Of a DNA stretch of 64,000 bases, positions 48,261-58,433 are shown piece by piece. How positions within the stretch are numbered: position 1 is the stretch's first letter; each line of letters starts with the position of its first letter. A program made the position numbers and the translations under genes. This DNA is from an uncultured Nitrospira sp. (GTDB lineage: Bacteria; Nitrospirota; Nitrospiria; Nitrospirales; Nitrospiraceae). The notes under the pieces were generated by a model. That model saw nothing but the letters and a program-made list of their open reading frames with translations, had not been told where the DNA came from and searched no databases. The stretch covers positions 80,569 to 144,568 of the forward strand of contig CAZOHW010000001.1 in assembly GCA_964579525.1 (NCBI GenBank), written 5' to 3'.

Positions 48261-49823
48261 CTACATGTACCGCATCTGCCATTGTAGGAAGAATGCGTTT
48301 TGCGCAAATGGATCCGTCGCCGCGTTGAGGGCGATGCCGGGCCCTAGCCCCGCATGGTGCCGAAACTCATAGTTGAACTGTATTTTGGACTGCATCTTCG
48401 GCGGGAAATTTTCAAAATAATAGTTCAAACCGACGATGTGCCTGGTATAGCGGTCGTTCGACAGCCTGGTGTTGGGGTTGAATTCCTCATACATGTAGAC
48501 CGGTTCGAAGTGTTCGAGCGGTCCCTCTGTAAAGAGGTATTTTGCCAAGATATACCATGTTTGCCGGTTCACGCCCGGGGCGCCAGAGCCACCGCAGGTA
48601 TCAAGACAGGCTCCGTTAGCTGCGGTTCCTACAGTCGTGGCGTTTGACCCGTCATGCCCTTGCCAATATTCTCCATAGACCATGAACCCAGGCAAGAACT
48701 TCGGGTTCCAGCGAGCATCGACCCCATACCGATCGAAGTGCCCCTTGCCACGCCCGTTGATGAAGGTGCCAGCGTTATTGGACGTCCCCTGGATCATCGT
48801 GAAGCTGACAAACGAGACGTCGTCTCCAAAGAGCCTCAGGCGAGTATAGACGGCCTTAGGCCCATTGGCCCCCCCAATTCCTGATGTGTTGCTGACGATG
48901 CCGTTCGCTTGAAAGTTATTGTTGTTCATGATTCCGACCACGTATTCGAGACGGTCAAAAATCTTCCCACGAACATCGACGAAGTAATCGCGCTCTTGGA
49001 TGAATTCGATAGTGCCACCCGTGCCATTTCGGTTCTGTCCTGGTCCACCACCGCCTCCCACCCCATTCAAGTAGGGAGAACTGATGATGTCGCGTAACCC
49101 TCCTGACGTTTCGGTAAAGATGCCGAAGGGCATACGGAAGACGCCCATTCTGATGATGTTGAGATTGGGCGCCCATGCTTGGACCGGCCGAACGTCGATA
49201 TAGGCTTCACGAAAGAACGTGGCGACGGTCGGAGATGACGAACCGGACAAGGGAGTGTTGTTCGTAAGATTGGTGCTTTGGAACTCCATCAGCATGTGCC
49301 AGCGGGGAAGATAGTCGCTTAGCTTTCCCCAGAACACCATCTCGGCTCGTCGAATAGACAGGCTGTCTTGGCTTCTGCCTTCCGGAACGTTTGCATTGAC
49401 ATGTCCATACAGAAATTGTAGGGCGTTTAATCCGAAATTGACCTTGTCTCGCAAGATCGGGAGTACTTCAGTTTTGTTCTTCCAGTCCTCTAAGTTGTCC
49501 AACCGTCGTGTTTGTTCAGCGGTTTTATATTCCTGCTCCGCACGAATGCGGAGCCATTCATCCTTGGTAATGGTGCCCTTCTGGAGAAGCAGGTCTTCCA
49601 GCGAGATGGCGCCCTGCGTGGCCTGGCCGGCCGATGATGGTCCTTGTTTTTCAGGTCCTGGTTCGACCTGTTGAGCAGTTTGCATTGGAGCCGGCAACGG
49701 CTTCGTATGTGATGAAAGCCCCTGGGCCAATATGGGTTGCTGGAAGAACGCGACGGTTGCGGCGGTCAGTGCGGTGACAAGCATCATTCGGGCAGTATCC
49801 GCCGCCCTGTACAATCCCCTCAT
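48261..49823 (-). CDS. Outer-membrane porin, possibly anion/phosphate-selective
   Basis: Signal peptide; LLLQKGTITKDEW; IRRAE; amphipathic beta strands; C-terminal LQWQMRYM; next to pstS. Confidence 0.65.
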   Translation of the reverse strand: MRGLYRAADTARMMLVTALTAATVAFFQQPILAQGLSSHTKPLPAPMQTAQQVEPGPEKQGPSSAGQATQGAISLEDLLLQKGTITKDEWLRIRAEQEYKTAEQTRRLDNLEDWKNKTEVLPILRDKVNFGLNALQFLYGHVNANVPEGRSQDSLSIRRAEMVFWGKLSDYLPRWHMLMEFQSTNLTNNTPLSGSSSPTVATFFREAYIDVRPVQAWAPNLNIIRMGVFRMPFGIFTETSGGLRDIISSPYLNGVGGGGGPGQNRNGTGGTIEFIQERDYFVDVRGKIFDRLEYVVGIMNNNNFQANGIVSNTSGIGGANGPKAVYTRLRLFGDDVSFVSFTMIQGTSNNAGTFINGRGKGHFDRYGVDARWNPKFLPGFMVYGEYWQGHDGSNATTVGTAANGACLDTCGGSGAPGVNRQTWYILAKYLFTEGPLEHFEPVYMYEEFNPNTRLSNDRYTRHIVGLNYYFENFPPKMQSKIQFNYEFRHHAGLGPGIALNAATDPFAQNAFFLQWQMRYM

Positions 49824-49892
49824 GCGAGATCCTCCTGTATAGAAATTCTGCATTGTGTCGAAGCTCGAATTACGTGGTTGCCACCGGATACT

Positions 49893-50984
49893 CTATGGAT
49901 TCATCGACGATGCCCTTCCGGTAGGAACGCCGAAGGCAAGGGCTCTACTCTCGGCTTGACTGGGAGGTAATGGGAATAATCCGGCCTTGAACATCGCCTC
50001 TTCCCCATCACGACTGATGATGAAGGTCAGGAACTCCTGCACCGCATCAGGGAGGGGCGCCTTGGGTGCCTTATCGAAGTACAGGTACAAGGCATGTCGC
50101 AGTGGATAAGTCTGATCGGCCACAGTCTCCCGGGTGGGGAGCACGAACGGCATCCCATCCTTTTCCGCAATCGGAACCGCTCGCACAGTTGAGGTGTGCA
50201 GGCCGAACCCGCTGTAGCCTATCCCCCTAGGATCACGATCGATATTTAACGCGACAGATGCGGCACCTGGATGCTCTTGGACACCTGACTTAAATTCACC
50301 TCCGCGAAGCCCATGCTCCTGAAAAGTTGCCCTGGCTCCCGACCGTTTGTCGCGACCATAGAGCTGAATCGGCGCCTCTTTCCAGCCATCTGCTAACCCA
50401 AGATGCCCCCATTGCGAAATGGCTGCGTTAGCCCCGCGTTTCCGTGTCGATGAGAAGATGGCATCGACTTGATCGAGCGTGAGGCCAGGGAGTGGATTAT
50501 CTTTGTGTATGTAGAGCGCGACGGCGTCGACGGCCACGGGCACGGCAGTCGGTTCATAGCCATGCTGAGCCACAAATTCTTTCGTTTCAGCATCGGAAAG
50601 CTGATGCGTGGTGGCAAGCAATTGAAAACTGGACGCTCGATCGTCGATCATCATGATCTTGCCGGTCTTGCTCAGAGGTGGCTGGAGAAACTCTGCGACA
50701 GCTTTAGCGCTTGCTTTCTTTACGTCGATACTCACCTTTGGCTGGAATCGCTGAAAATCTATGCTCAGGCGAGTGAGCAGTGGATACAGCGCTTCTGAGC
50801 TTTGGACCTTGAATGCTCCCGACACCTGTTTCTTCAGACTATAATGGGCTAGTGTCGAATTCACGCTCACGGTAGCGAAGGGATCGCTATGCTCCGCCGA
50901 AGACTGCTCGGCAAAATAGACAAGGTGGAACGCAGAGAGCAAAGCAAATCCAAGCGTAAATGTTCTCCCAAATTGGTGCATCAC
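49893..50984 (-). CDS. pstS: PstS-family phosphate-binding protein (divergent copy)
   Basis: VAVDAVALYIHKDNP, YGRDKRSGAR, GIGYSG, YPLRHALYLY. Confidence 0.8.
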   Translation of the reverse strand: MMHQFGRTFTLGFALLSAFHLVYFAEQSSAEHSDPFATVSVNSTLAHYSLKKQVSGAFKVQSSEALYPLLTRLSIDFQRFQPKVSIDVKKASAKAVAEFLQPPLSKTGKIMMIDDRASSFQLLATTHQLSDAETKEFVAQHGYEPTAVPVAVDAVALYIHKDNPLPGLTLDQVDAIFSSTRKRGANAAISQWGHLGLADGWKEAPIQLYGRDKRSGARATFQEHGLRGGEFKSGVQEHPGAASVALNIDRDPRGIGYSGFGLHTSTVRAVPIAEKDGMPFVLPTRETVADQTYPLRHALYLYFDKAPKAPLPDAVQEFLTFIISRDGEEAMFKAGLFPLPPSQAESRALAFGVPTGRASSMNP

Positions 50985-51057
50985 TTGTTCTCCCCCAATA
51001 TTAGATCGTTGCAGTCGGTCCGTATTGTCCTGCTCCCGGATTGGTGATGGCCCAGAG

Positions 51058-51897
51058 TTATCCTCTCATCCCGCTGACATAGGCGGCGGTCAATGGATCA
51101 CGAGGCTCCTCGAAGATCTGCTTGGCGGTTCCGGTCTCAATCAACCGACCCGCTCCGTTTTGCACCCAGAACAAGGCAGCATAGTCCGCGATACGTCGGG
51201 CTTGAGCCAGGTTGTGCGTGACGATCAAAATTGTATAGCGACCACGCAGGTTGACGATGAGATCCTCGACCACGCCGCTGGAGAGCGGATCGAGCGCGCT
51301 GCATGGTTCATCCATGAGGAGCACCTCCGGCGAAAGGGCTAAAGCCCGAGCAATACAGAGGCGTTGTTGTTGGCCGCCGGACAGCGCGAGAGCCGGCGAG
51401 TCCAGCCGATCCTTGACCTCGTCCCAGAGACCGATATCTCGCAGGGTGGTTTCGATCGTCCGTGCAATCTGTGCTCGATCTCGCAGCCCATGCTCGCGTA
51501 GGGGAAATTCTAGATTTCTTCTGATCGACAACGGAAAGGGGTTCGGCTTCTGGAAAATCATGCCGATGCGGCGGCGAAGCTGAATAAGATCAGTGTGTGG
51601 TGACAAGACGTTGAAGCCATCAAGCGTGATCCGTCCCGCGACGCGACAACCGGCGACCAGATCGGTGAGGCGGTTCAAACAAGTGAGGAAGCTGGTCTTT
51701 CCGCATCCGGATGGTCCCACGAGAGCCGTAATGCGTCCCTGGTTGATCGACAAGGTCACATCCTGAAACGCCGGCTTTTCCCCGTAGTGCAAACTGAGCC
51801 GATCGACCTCAATAAAGGGTTGAGGCTCACAAGGACGGGACCGATCTTCAAGCGGATGCTGGGGGCGCGGTCTTAAGAGGGGTTCAACCGGCGTCAT
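51058..51897 (-). CDS. pstB: Phosphate ABC transporter ATPase
   Basis: GPSGCGKT, FQKPNPF, LSGGQQQRLCIAR, MDEPCSALDP, VTHN. Confidence 0.93.
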   Translation of the reverse strand: MTPVEPLLRPRPQHPLEDRSRPCEPQPFIEVDRLSLHYGEKPAFQDVTLSINQGRITALVGPSGCGKTSFLTCLNRLTDLVAGCRVAGRITLDGFNVLSPHTDLIQLRRRIGMIFQKPNPFPLSIRRNLEFPLREHGLRDRAQIARTIETTLRDIGLWDEVKDRLDSPALALSGGQQQRLCIARALALSPEVLLMDEPCSALDPLSSGVVEDLIVNLRGRYTILIVTHNLAQARRIADYAALFWVQNGAGRLIETGTAKQIFEEPRDPLTAAYVSGMRG

Positions 51898-52757
51898 ACT
51901 GTCACGATCTTTCGGTGGAGGCCGTATGTTGCCAGACAGGATGCGGTACCGTTGATGGCGAGCAACAAGATGACCAGAACGAGCGCGGAGGCATAGGCAT
52001 TCGCATCTCCGCCGGACACATTCATGGAGAGATCGAAGATGTGGATGGACAGCGCGCGACCGGAATCGAGCAGCGACTCCGGCATCCGATCCACATAGCC
52101 GCTTGTGAAGATGAGTGCAGCCGTTTCGGCAATTGCACGGCCGACTCCGAGGACCAGACCGACCAAGAGACCGGGTACCGCCGCCGGTAGCAAGAGGTGA
52201 AGCAGGGTCGTGGTGCGGGACAGTCCGAGTGCCGCGGCGGAAAGCCGGTAACTGGCCGGCACGGCACGAAACCCTTCCTCGGTTGATCGGATCAAGATTG
52301 GCAACACCATGCAGGCCAGAGTCAGGCCCCCGGAGAGGATCGAAAAGCCGAGCCCCAGTGTCTTGCAAAAGAACGCGTTGCCGAACAGGCCGAAGACGAT
52401 CGACGGCACACCGGCCAGGACATCAAGGCTGCGGCGAGTCATCCGTCCAAATAGGCTCTGGTCCGATGTAAATTCGGCGAGGAGGACGGCGGTGCCGATC
52501 CCAATGGGGAGGGAGACCGCGAGACAGACTCCCAGAATTAAGACCGTTGATACCAAGATAGGGCCGATCCCGCCTCGCCGCCCGGCGTTCTCCGGTGGAG
52601 CCGTCAAAAACGTCCAAGAGATATGACTCAACCCATGCCACAGGATGTCCCCCAAGAGCCAGCAGAACATGGCGGTGACCAGGGTTGCCGACCCCCAGAC
52701 GAGAATGAACGCCAGCCATTCGCGAAGATTCTGTAGGCGTCTCAACGGCTCAGCCAT
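51894..52757 (-). CDS. pstA: Phosphate ABC transporter permease
   Basis: GGIGP, LAGVPSIVFGLFG, GRAIAETAA. Confidence 0.92.
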   Translation of the reverse strand: MAEPLRRLQNLREWLAFILVWGSATLVTAMFCWLLGDILWHGLSHISWTFLTAPPENAGRRGGIGPILVSTVLILGVCLAVSLPIGIGTAVLLAEFTSDQSLFGRMTRRSLDVLAGVPSIVFGLFGNAFFCKTLGLGFSILSGGLTLACMVLPILIRSTEEGFRAVPASYRLSAAALGLSRTTTLLHLLLPAAVPGLLVGLVLGVGRAIAETAALIFTSGYVDRMPESLLDSGRALSIHIFDLSMNVSGGDANAYASALVLVILLLAINGTASCLATYGLHRKIVTV

Positions 52758-53604
52758 AGATTCTCCCGCGGCTGATCCATTCGGCGGTCACAATGAGCGC
52801 CACGATCATGGCCATCAAGACGAGTCCACTGACGAATAACGCAGCGCGATGGTCTCCGAGCGCATAGGCCATTTCCAGGGCGATATTGGCGGTCAGCGTC
52901 CGGATCGGGTCGAAGATGCTGGATGGAGCCTGGACCACGTTCCCACAGACCATCAGAATCGCCATCGTTTCCCCGATGGCTCGGCCGATTTCCAGGATCA
53001 CCCCGGTAAACAGCCCCGATTTTGCCGCTGGAAACACCACGCCTCGGATTGTCGCCCATCGCGGCAGCCCCAATGCAGCAGCCCCGCGTACGTATTGTTG
53101 AGGCACATTGGCAAGACTGGCATCAGCCATCAACGTGATGGTGGGCAGGATCATGATGGTGAGGATTAGGATGCCCGCTAACAGACTGGGGCCTGGCGGT
53201 TGTATCTCTGCAATCAGCGGGACCAGCACCACGAGACCCCAGAATCCGTAGACGACGGAAGGAATGCCTGCAAGCAACTCGATCAGGCGCCGATAGGGCC
53301 GGGCCAGAGCAGGTGGCGCGTAGTAATGGCAGAAGACGGCGGAGAGAATGCCTAAGGGTGTGGCGATCAACACAGAACCAGTCATAGCGAACAGTGTTCC
53401 CCACAACATCGGAGTGAGATTGTAAAAACCCTCGGCTGGATGCCAGGAAGGGTCGGTAAAGAATCGGAGTAGAACGACATGATGGAGCACGGGAAGCGCT
53501 TCCATGATCAGGAATGCCACGATGAGCACGACGATCGTGCCTGCGATGGCCGCAATTCCACGCAAGAGCCAGTACAGGAAATCGTCAGTCGACCAACGGG
53601 ACAA
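52750..53604 (-). CDS. pstC: Phosphate ABC transporter permease
   Basis: IELLAGIPSVVYG, GRAIGETMA, TLTANIALEM; start uncertain. Confidence 0.92.
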   Translation of the reverse strand: MSRWSTDDFLYWLLRGIAAIAGTIVVLIVAFLIMEALPVLHHVVLLRFFTDPSWHPAEGFYNLTPMLWGTLFAMTGSVLIATPLGILSAVFCHYYAPPALARPYRRLIELLAGIPSVVYGFWGLVVLVPLIAEIQPPGPSLLAGILILTIMILPTITLMADASLANVPQQYVRGAAALGLPRWATIRGVVFPAAKSGLFTGVILEIGRAIGETMAILMVCGNVVQAPSSIFDPIRTLTANIALEMAYALGDHRAALFVSGLVLMAMIVALIVTAEWISRGRIYG

Positions 53605-54451
53605 AGTATTGTTGCTTGATGATGTCATGCACGGCTTTGGACTGTGCATAGTCGATAAAGACCTTGACCAATCCGGTCGGTTGAGTCCGAGTAACGATAT
53701 GCAAGGGACGAGAGAGAGGAAAGGTTCCGTTCCGCACGGTTTCAGTGGAGGCTGGAATGCCTCCCACAGGGAGCAGCTTGATCGGCACCCCCAGCAATTC
53801 ATCGTATTCCGCTGTCCCGATGGAGACGTATCCAATCGCGCTGCGATTACCCGCGACGGTCTTCACTCCCTGCTCGTTGTCACCGATCACCACATGCGCC
53901 TTGACGTCCGCATTCTTCAGTTTGAAGTACTGTAAGAACACCTCGAGTGTGGATCGCCCTTCAGCTTTGTTCACGACGGTGATGGCAGCATCCTTCCCGC
54001 CGACATCCCTCCAATTGGTCATCTTGCCCGTATAGATTGCGATGACCTGTTCATCGGTGAGTGCCTGGACGGGATTGTCTTTGTGGAGAATGATCCCCAC
54101 GCCGTCGCGTGCGACCGGAAACGCATGGAGGTCCTTTTCTTCATTTTTCATCGCACGCGAGACCATCCCGATATCGGCGAGACCCTGGCGCGCATCCGCG
54201 ACGCCGCGAGATGAGCCGCCGGTTTGAACATCCACACGCACTTTGGGGTAGAGCCTCTCGAAGCGTTTGCCGATCTCGGCGATCAGTGGAGCCAGGGTAC
54301 TGGCACCCGTCACCACGAGCTTGCCGGACGGTTGATCGGTTGCCGTTGTCTGGGCCGTTGCTATTTCCGGAACCCCGAACAGGGCAAGCAGTAGGAAGGC
54401 AGGGAATACGCTGCCGATCCTCCGCCGGCAGACATTACGATATCCAATCAT
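53585..54451 (-). CDS. pstS: Phosphate-binding protein
   Basis: TGAST, GGSSRG, IGMVSR, ARDG and FPLSRPL motifs; signal peptide. Confidence 0.88.
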   Translation of the reverse strand: MIGYRNVCRRRIGSVFPAFLLLALFGVPEIATAQTTATDQPSGKLVVTGASTLAPLIAEIGKRFERLYPKVRVDVQTGGSSRGVADARQGLADIGMVSRAMKNEEKDLHAFPVARDGVGIILHKDNPVQALTDEQVIAIYTGKMTNWRDVGGKDAAITVVNKAEGRSTLEVFLQYFKLKNADVKAHVVIGDNEQGVKTVAGNRSAIGYVSIGTAEYDELLGVPIKLLPVGGIPASTETVRNGTFPLSRPLHIVTRTQPTGLVKVFIDYAQSKAVHDIIKQQYFVPLVD

Positions 54452-54485
54452 AGATATATCTCCATATATTTGGCGGAGGCTATGC

Positions 54486-55523
54486 TCATGCGACCGTTCC
54501 GCCACAGGATGAGCCGGAACCGGCCGTACAGCCATAACAATGGTTGTGCGTGACGATCTGGCGGTGATGAAGCATCGCCGGATCAAAGTCCCGGATATGT
54601 GACGGCGCGTTATGGTTGACTGGCAGGTCGAGCATTTGGTTGAAGTCGCAATCATACAGTCTCCCATCCCAGCCAACCGAGAGGGTCGAGCGACACATCA
54701 CACCGAAGACGGCGGCCGGATTGAAGGCATTGGCCAGACGGGTCATGTACTGTTCGTAGTTCCCGCTGTCGAGGAGGAACTCCAGGAACCGACTGATCGG
54801 CATGTTGGTGATGGTATAGAGCCGGTTGAATTCAACGCCATGTCGAGTGCGGAGTTCTTTCTTGAACTGGGTTTCGAGGGCCTCTTGTTTCGGAGGCAGG
54901 AACGCACCGACGGGGTTGTAGACCAGGTTCAGTGAGAGACCAGTATCCGGTCGTCCGTATCCCTGCTGATTCAAGAGCCGAAGCGCTTCCATCGATTTCT
55001 CAAAGGTGCCATCGCCTCGTTGTGCATCGGTCTGGCCAGGCTGATATGACGGGAGCGACGCGATGATTTCAACTCGATGCGTGGCGAGAAATTTCGCCAA
55101 ATCGGCCTGCGAGGGGATCAGCAACACGGACAAGTTGCAACGATCCATCACATGTCGGCCCAGTCCCCGTGCCTGCTCGACCAGCCAGCGAAAATGCGGA
55201 TTGAGCTCCGGCGCTCCACCTGTAAGGTCCACGGTGGGAATATCGGTCTGGGTAAGCGCGGCAATGCACAGTTCCGCGGTGTCTCGTGACATCACCTCGG
55301 TGCGGTCGGGACCCGCATCAACATGACAGTGACGACAGGTCTGGTTACAGAGCTTGCCGACATTGATCTGGAAGATCGTGATGCCGGTGGCACGGAGCGG
55401 ATATAAACCCGCCCGGTCCAGTTGTGCCTCAAAGGGAAGACGGCTGCCCGAATCCGCCAGCAGCTTGAGCTGCTCGGAAGAGGAAGCGAGAGGATTCTGT
55501 CGGCCCAGTAGGGTCAGCGGCAT
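54486..55523 (-). CDS. arsS: ArsS radical SAM protein (arsenosugar biosynthesis family)
   Basis: QINVGKLCNQTCRHCHVDAGP, TGGAPELN, DCDFNQML, HCYGCTAGSGSSCGG. Confidence 0.9.
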   Translation of the reverse strand: MPLTLLGRQNPLASSSEQLKLLADSGSRLPFEAQLDRAGLYPLRATGITIFQINVGKLCNQTCRHCHVDAGPDRTEVMSRDTAELCIAALTQTDIPTVDLTGGAPELNPHFRWLVEQARGLGRHVMDRCNLSVLLIPSQADLAKFLATHRVEIIASLPSYQPGQTDAQRGDGTFEKSMEALRLLNQQGYGRPDTGLSLNLVYNPVGAFLPPKQEALETQFKKELRTRHGVEFNRLYTITNMPISRFLEFLLDSGNYEQYMTRLANAFNPAAVFGVMCRSTLSVGWDGRLYDCDFNQMLDLPVNHNAPSHIRDFDPAMLHHRQIVTHNHCYGCTAGSGSSCGGTVA

Positions 55524-55564
55524 ATCGGTATTCGTAACAACATCGGGGATATCGGATGAACTGT

Positions 55565-55945
55565 TCACGAATGAATCATGTGCAGCGCGCGAGACCTGGC
55601 CGTCGCTAACACCCACTCTGGAAACCGCAGTTCACAGCACCCGAAGTTAAGGGCTTTCCCCTGTCGATGTGCCAACGCCCGCTGGATAATCGGTGTGATC
55701 CGATAGCAAACCTGCTTGCCTTCTCGTAGGCCTTCCACGACACCGGAATCCCGCAGAATACGCAAATGATGGGACACGTGCGGTTGAGGGAAACCTAATT
55801 CGCGTACCAGGTCCGTCACACATTTCTCCTCGGCCAGCAGCGATTCAAGGATCCGGAGCCTCGTTTCATCGGCCAGGGCTTTCAGCACAATCGCGCATTC
55901 GCGTGGGCTCAGGACATCGCCTTCCGGTGCGAGCTTCTTCAACAA
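55565..55945 (-). CDS. arsR: ArsR/SmtB-family regulator
   Basis: LKALADETRLRIL..CVTDL..VSHHLRILR; C-terminal CC. Confidence 0.88.
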   Translation of the reverse strand: MLKKLAPEGDVLSPRECAIVLKALADETRLRILESLLAEEKCVTDLVRELGFPQPHVSHHLRILRDSGVVEGLREGKQVCYRITPIIQRALAHRQGKALNFGCCELRFPEWVLATARSRALHMIHS

Positions 55946-57126
55946 CAGCCTCCAGTGGGCGAGCAGGTGACGGCTTCGCCGTTCACACGTTCGCTGGCTC
56001 GGTTCAGGATCACGAAATAGGGCTGGTACCCAGCAGCTCCCAGCACAGCGACCGTCTTCGAACAGATCTCCAGCGGCTCACCTCGGCGATAGATATGGTG
56101 ATCGTCATCGGTTGCTTCAACGAAGGGACCAGCCAGTAGCGCAAAGTGGCCCTGCCAGGTGCACGGAGCATCAGCGGGGAAGACGGCGCTCCAACGTGGA
56201 TCATGGTTGTCGAACAGGAGAGGGTCCGCGGTCAGAAGAAAATGGTCGGCGAAGGGAGGGGTACTCAGCAACTGGACATGCTCCGGAGTGATCGCCTGGG
56301 GAATACCACGCTGGTAGATTGTGCCTCGTTCATCGACAAGCCGGCTGAAGGGACCCTGAAGGGTCGCGTAGCGAGCGGAGGAAGCCTTTTGTGCTGGAGG
56401 CAGCTTGTAGCCGGTCAAGGTGACGGAAAAGAAATGGATGCCGTCGATGATGCGCCAAGGTGAAAACTTGACGAGGTGGATGCCGAGAAAACCGGCTGCC
56501 GTCATGCCGTTCATATAGTCCGTGAGTGTCAAGGCGCCGGATAAACAATCCCCCCATTTTTGGGTGTCGTGTACGAGATACTGCGGCACTGTTTGATCGG
56601 ACACGATGTCGGAGATGGTGAACCGTCCGCCGGACTTGGCGACCCGGTACATTTCTCGAAACACCTTCCGCTTATCCGGCGCCAGGTTGATCACACAATT
56701 CGAGATGATCAGATCGATTGTGCCGTCATCGACCGGCATCGCATCGGCCAAGCCTTTCCGGAATTCCACATTTGATGTGGGGTAGCCGAGGTTTGCCGCG
56801 ACACCCGCCGCATTCTTGCGGGCGATCTCCAGCATCGTGTCGGTCATGTCGATCCCGATCACGCGCCCGGTCCGACCGACCAGACGAGAGGCTTCAAAGC
56901 AATCGATCCCGCCTCCCGATCCGATGTCCAAGACCGTCTCACCCACCCGCACCGTTTTGAGACCGGCGGGAGTGCCGCAGCCGTAGGAGATCTTCAACAC
57001 TTCTTCGGGAATGAAGATCTTGAGGTGCCCCATGTCGTAAATAGTGGGGCAACACATCTGCTCGCCGGTATTGGCGGCTTTCGCATAACGTTCGCTGACT
57101 TTTTGGGTGATTTCATCCGTGGGCAT
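55939..57126 (-). CDS. arsM: Arsenite S-adenosylmethionine methyltransferase-like
   Basis: [34 protein letters not shown], terminal GGCC. Confidence 0.85.
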   Translation of the reverse strand: MPTDEITQKVSERYAKAANTGEQMCCPTIYDMGHLKIFIPEEVLKISYGCGTPAGLKTVRVGETVLDIGSGGGIDCFEASRLVGRTGRVIGIDMTDTMLEIARKNAAGVAANLGYPTSNVEFRKGLADAMPVDDGTIDLIISNCVINLAPDKRKVFREMYRVAKSGGRFTISDIVSDQTVPQYLVHDTQKWGDCLSGALTLTDYMNGMTAAGFLGIHLVKFSPWRIIDGIHFFSVTLTGYKLPPAQKASSARYATLQGPFSRLVDERGTIYQRGIPQAITPEHVQLLSTPPFADHFLLTADPLLFDNHDPRWSAVFPADAPCTWQGHFALLAGPFVEATDDDHHIYRRGEPLEICSKTVAVLGAAGYQPYFVILNRASERVNGEAVTCSPTGGCC

Positions 57127-57153
57127 GGGCTCCTCAGGGTTCGAGATATCGAG

Positions 57154-57171
57154 ATAAAGAGATGCCTCTAT
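57154..57171 (-). promoter_or_regulatory. Imperfect inverted repeat upstream of arsM (possible ArsR operator)
   Basis: ATAAAG-N6-CTCTAT next to a minus-strand TTGATA -35-like hexamer. Confidence 0.3.
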
Positions 57172-57370
57172 GTATCAACCCTTCCAATCTCCGTCAATCC
57201 AGCTCTTATTGGAGTGGCGGACAAGGAGGCACCTACGCTACACAAAAGGAGCATCGCGCTTCTGTAAGCTGGCTTACAGTGAGTCCTAACCCATGTTCTC
57301 GTGCTAGCTGTGACGAGTTGTCCATACAAGAAAAGGGCGCGGGGTAAACATCGAAAGTCCTATGCCTCCC

Positions 57371-57402
57371 TTGACTCGGTACCATAGTACAGGGTGTAGA
57401 CT
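57371..57402 (+). promoter_or_regulatory. MerR-type operator/promoter
   Basis: TTGACT-20 bp-TAGACT with a GTAC-N4-GTAC dyad in the spacer. Confidence 0.85.
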
Positions 57403-57428
57403 GCTCCCAACGTGACCACAGGAGACCG

Positions 57429-57872
57429 ATGACCCCTCAACTTACCATCGGACAGTTGGCCAAGAAGGCTGGCGTGAACGTTCAAACGATCCGCTACTAC
57501 GAGCGACTGAATTTGCTGAGTCCGACAGCGCGGAAGCAGTCCGGATACCGGCTATACGGCGAAGAGGAGATTCGGCGCCTCTGTTTTATTAAGAACGCGC
57601 AGGGGCATGGGTTCACCCTCCATGAGATCACCGACTTGCTGAATCTGAGCGTGCGCTCCGCAGCCCAATGCAGCGCCGTGCAGCGCAGGGCTCAGGCGAA
57701 GTTGGTGCAAGTCGAACGCAAGCTACGGGACTTGCAGGCCCTCGCCCGGTCGCTGCGAGGTTTGATCCGTACCTGCCAGAGCGGTCAGCCCACGGATCAC
57801 TGCCCGATCCTACAAAGCCTGGAGACGAAAGAAGGGAGGATACACGATGGCAACAGCAAAACGACGCGTTGA
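57429..57872 (+). CDS. merR: MerR-family Hg/heavy-metal regulator
   Basis: LTIGQLAK..TIRYYER; Cys in AQC; C-x7-CPIL. Confidence 0.9.
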   Translation: MTPQLTIGQLAKKAGVNVQTIRYYERLNLLSPTARKQSGYRLYGEEEIRRLCFIKNAQGHGFTLHEITDLLNLSVRSAAQCSAVQRRAQAKLVQVERKLRDLQALARSLRGLIRTCQSGQPTDHCPILQSLETKEGRIHDGNSKTTR

Positions 57873-58125
57873 GGTGTTCACGGCCGGCTGTCCGATTTGT
57901 GATGACACGGTCAAGCTGGTCAAATCTTTAGTGTGTTCGAGTTGCGACTTGCAGATCTATGACCTGCGGGAAGGCTGTGCGACGAACGAGTGCCGGGATA
58001 AGGCGAGGCGCTACGGGATCACTGCAGTCCCGGCCGTCGCGGTCAACGGCGTGTTGTTGGATTGCTGCCGGCGAGAGCCGATCACTGCTGATCGGCTGAA
58101 GGTTGCCGGTATCGGACAGGCTTGA
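57847..58125 (+). CDS. Thioredoxin/glutaredoxin-like protein
   Basis: VEVFTAGCPIC, VPAVAVNG, DCC. Confidence 0.8.
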   Translation: MATAKRRVEVFTAGCPICDDTVKLVKSLVCSSCDLQIYDLREGCATNECRDKARRYGITAVPAVAVNGVLLDCCRREPITADRLKVAGIGQA

Positions 58126-58158
58126 TGGTAATGGCGAACATCAGGAAGGAATGACTCC

Positions 58159-58410
58159 ATGAACAGGAAACGTCTTATGACTTTCGGTTTGGCCGGAGCG
58201 GCATTTATCGCGCTTTGCTGTTTCACGCCGATTCTCGTCGTCCTTCTGGGAATGGTTGGACTGGTAGCGATCACCGGATATCTGGACTATGTGCTGCTGC
58301 CGGCTCTGGCGGTTTTTCTGGGGATGACGATGTACGCCGTGTCTCAAAGAAAGTGGACAACGGGAGTCGCTTGCTGCACGACCCATGAGTCCGATGGTCA
58401 GGGACGATGA
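58159..58410 (+). CDS. merF: MerF mercury transporter
   Basis: ALCCFTPILV..GYLDYVLLPAL. Confidence 0.9.
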   Translation: MNRKRLMTFGLAGAAFIALCCFTPILVVLLGMVGLVAITGYLDYVLLPALAVFLGMTMYAVSQRKWTTGVACCTTHESDGQGR

Positions 58411-58433
58411 GGTTCGGCACGAAGGAGAAGCGG

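Noticed and set aside
51898-52368. Long N-terminal extension of pstB
   Set aside because: Overlaps pstA in another frame; the ATGA-coupled start at 51897 fits
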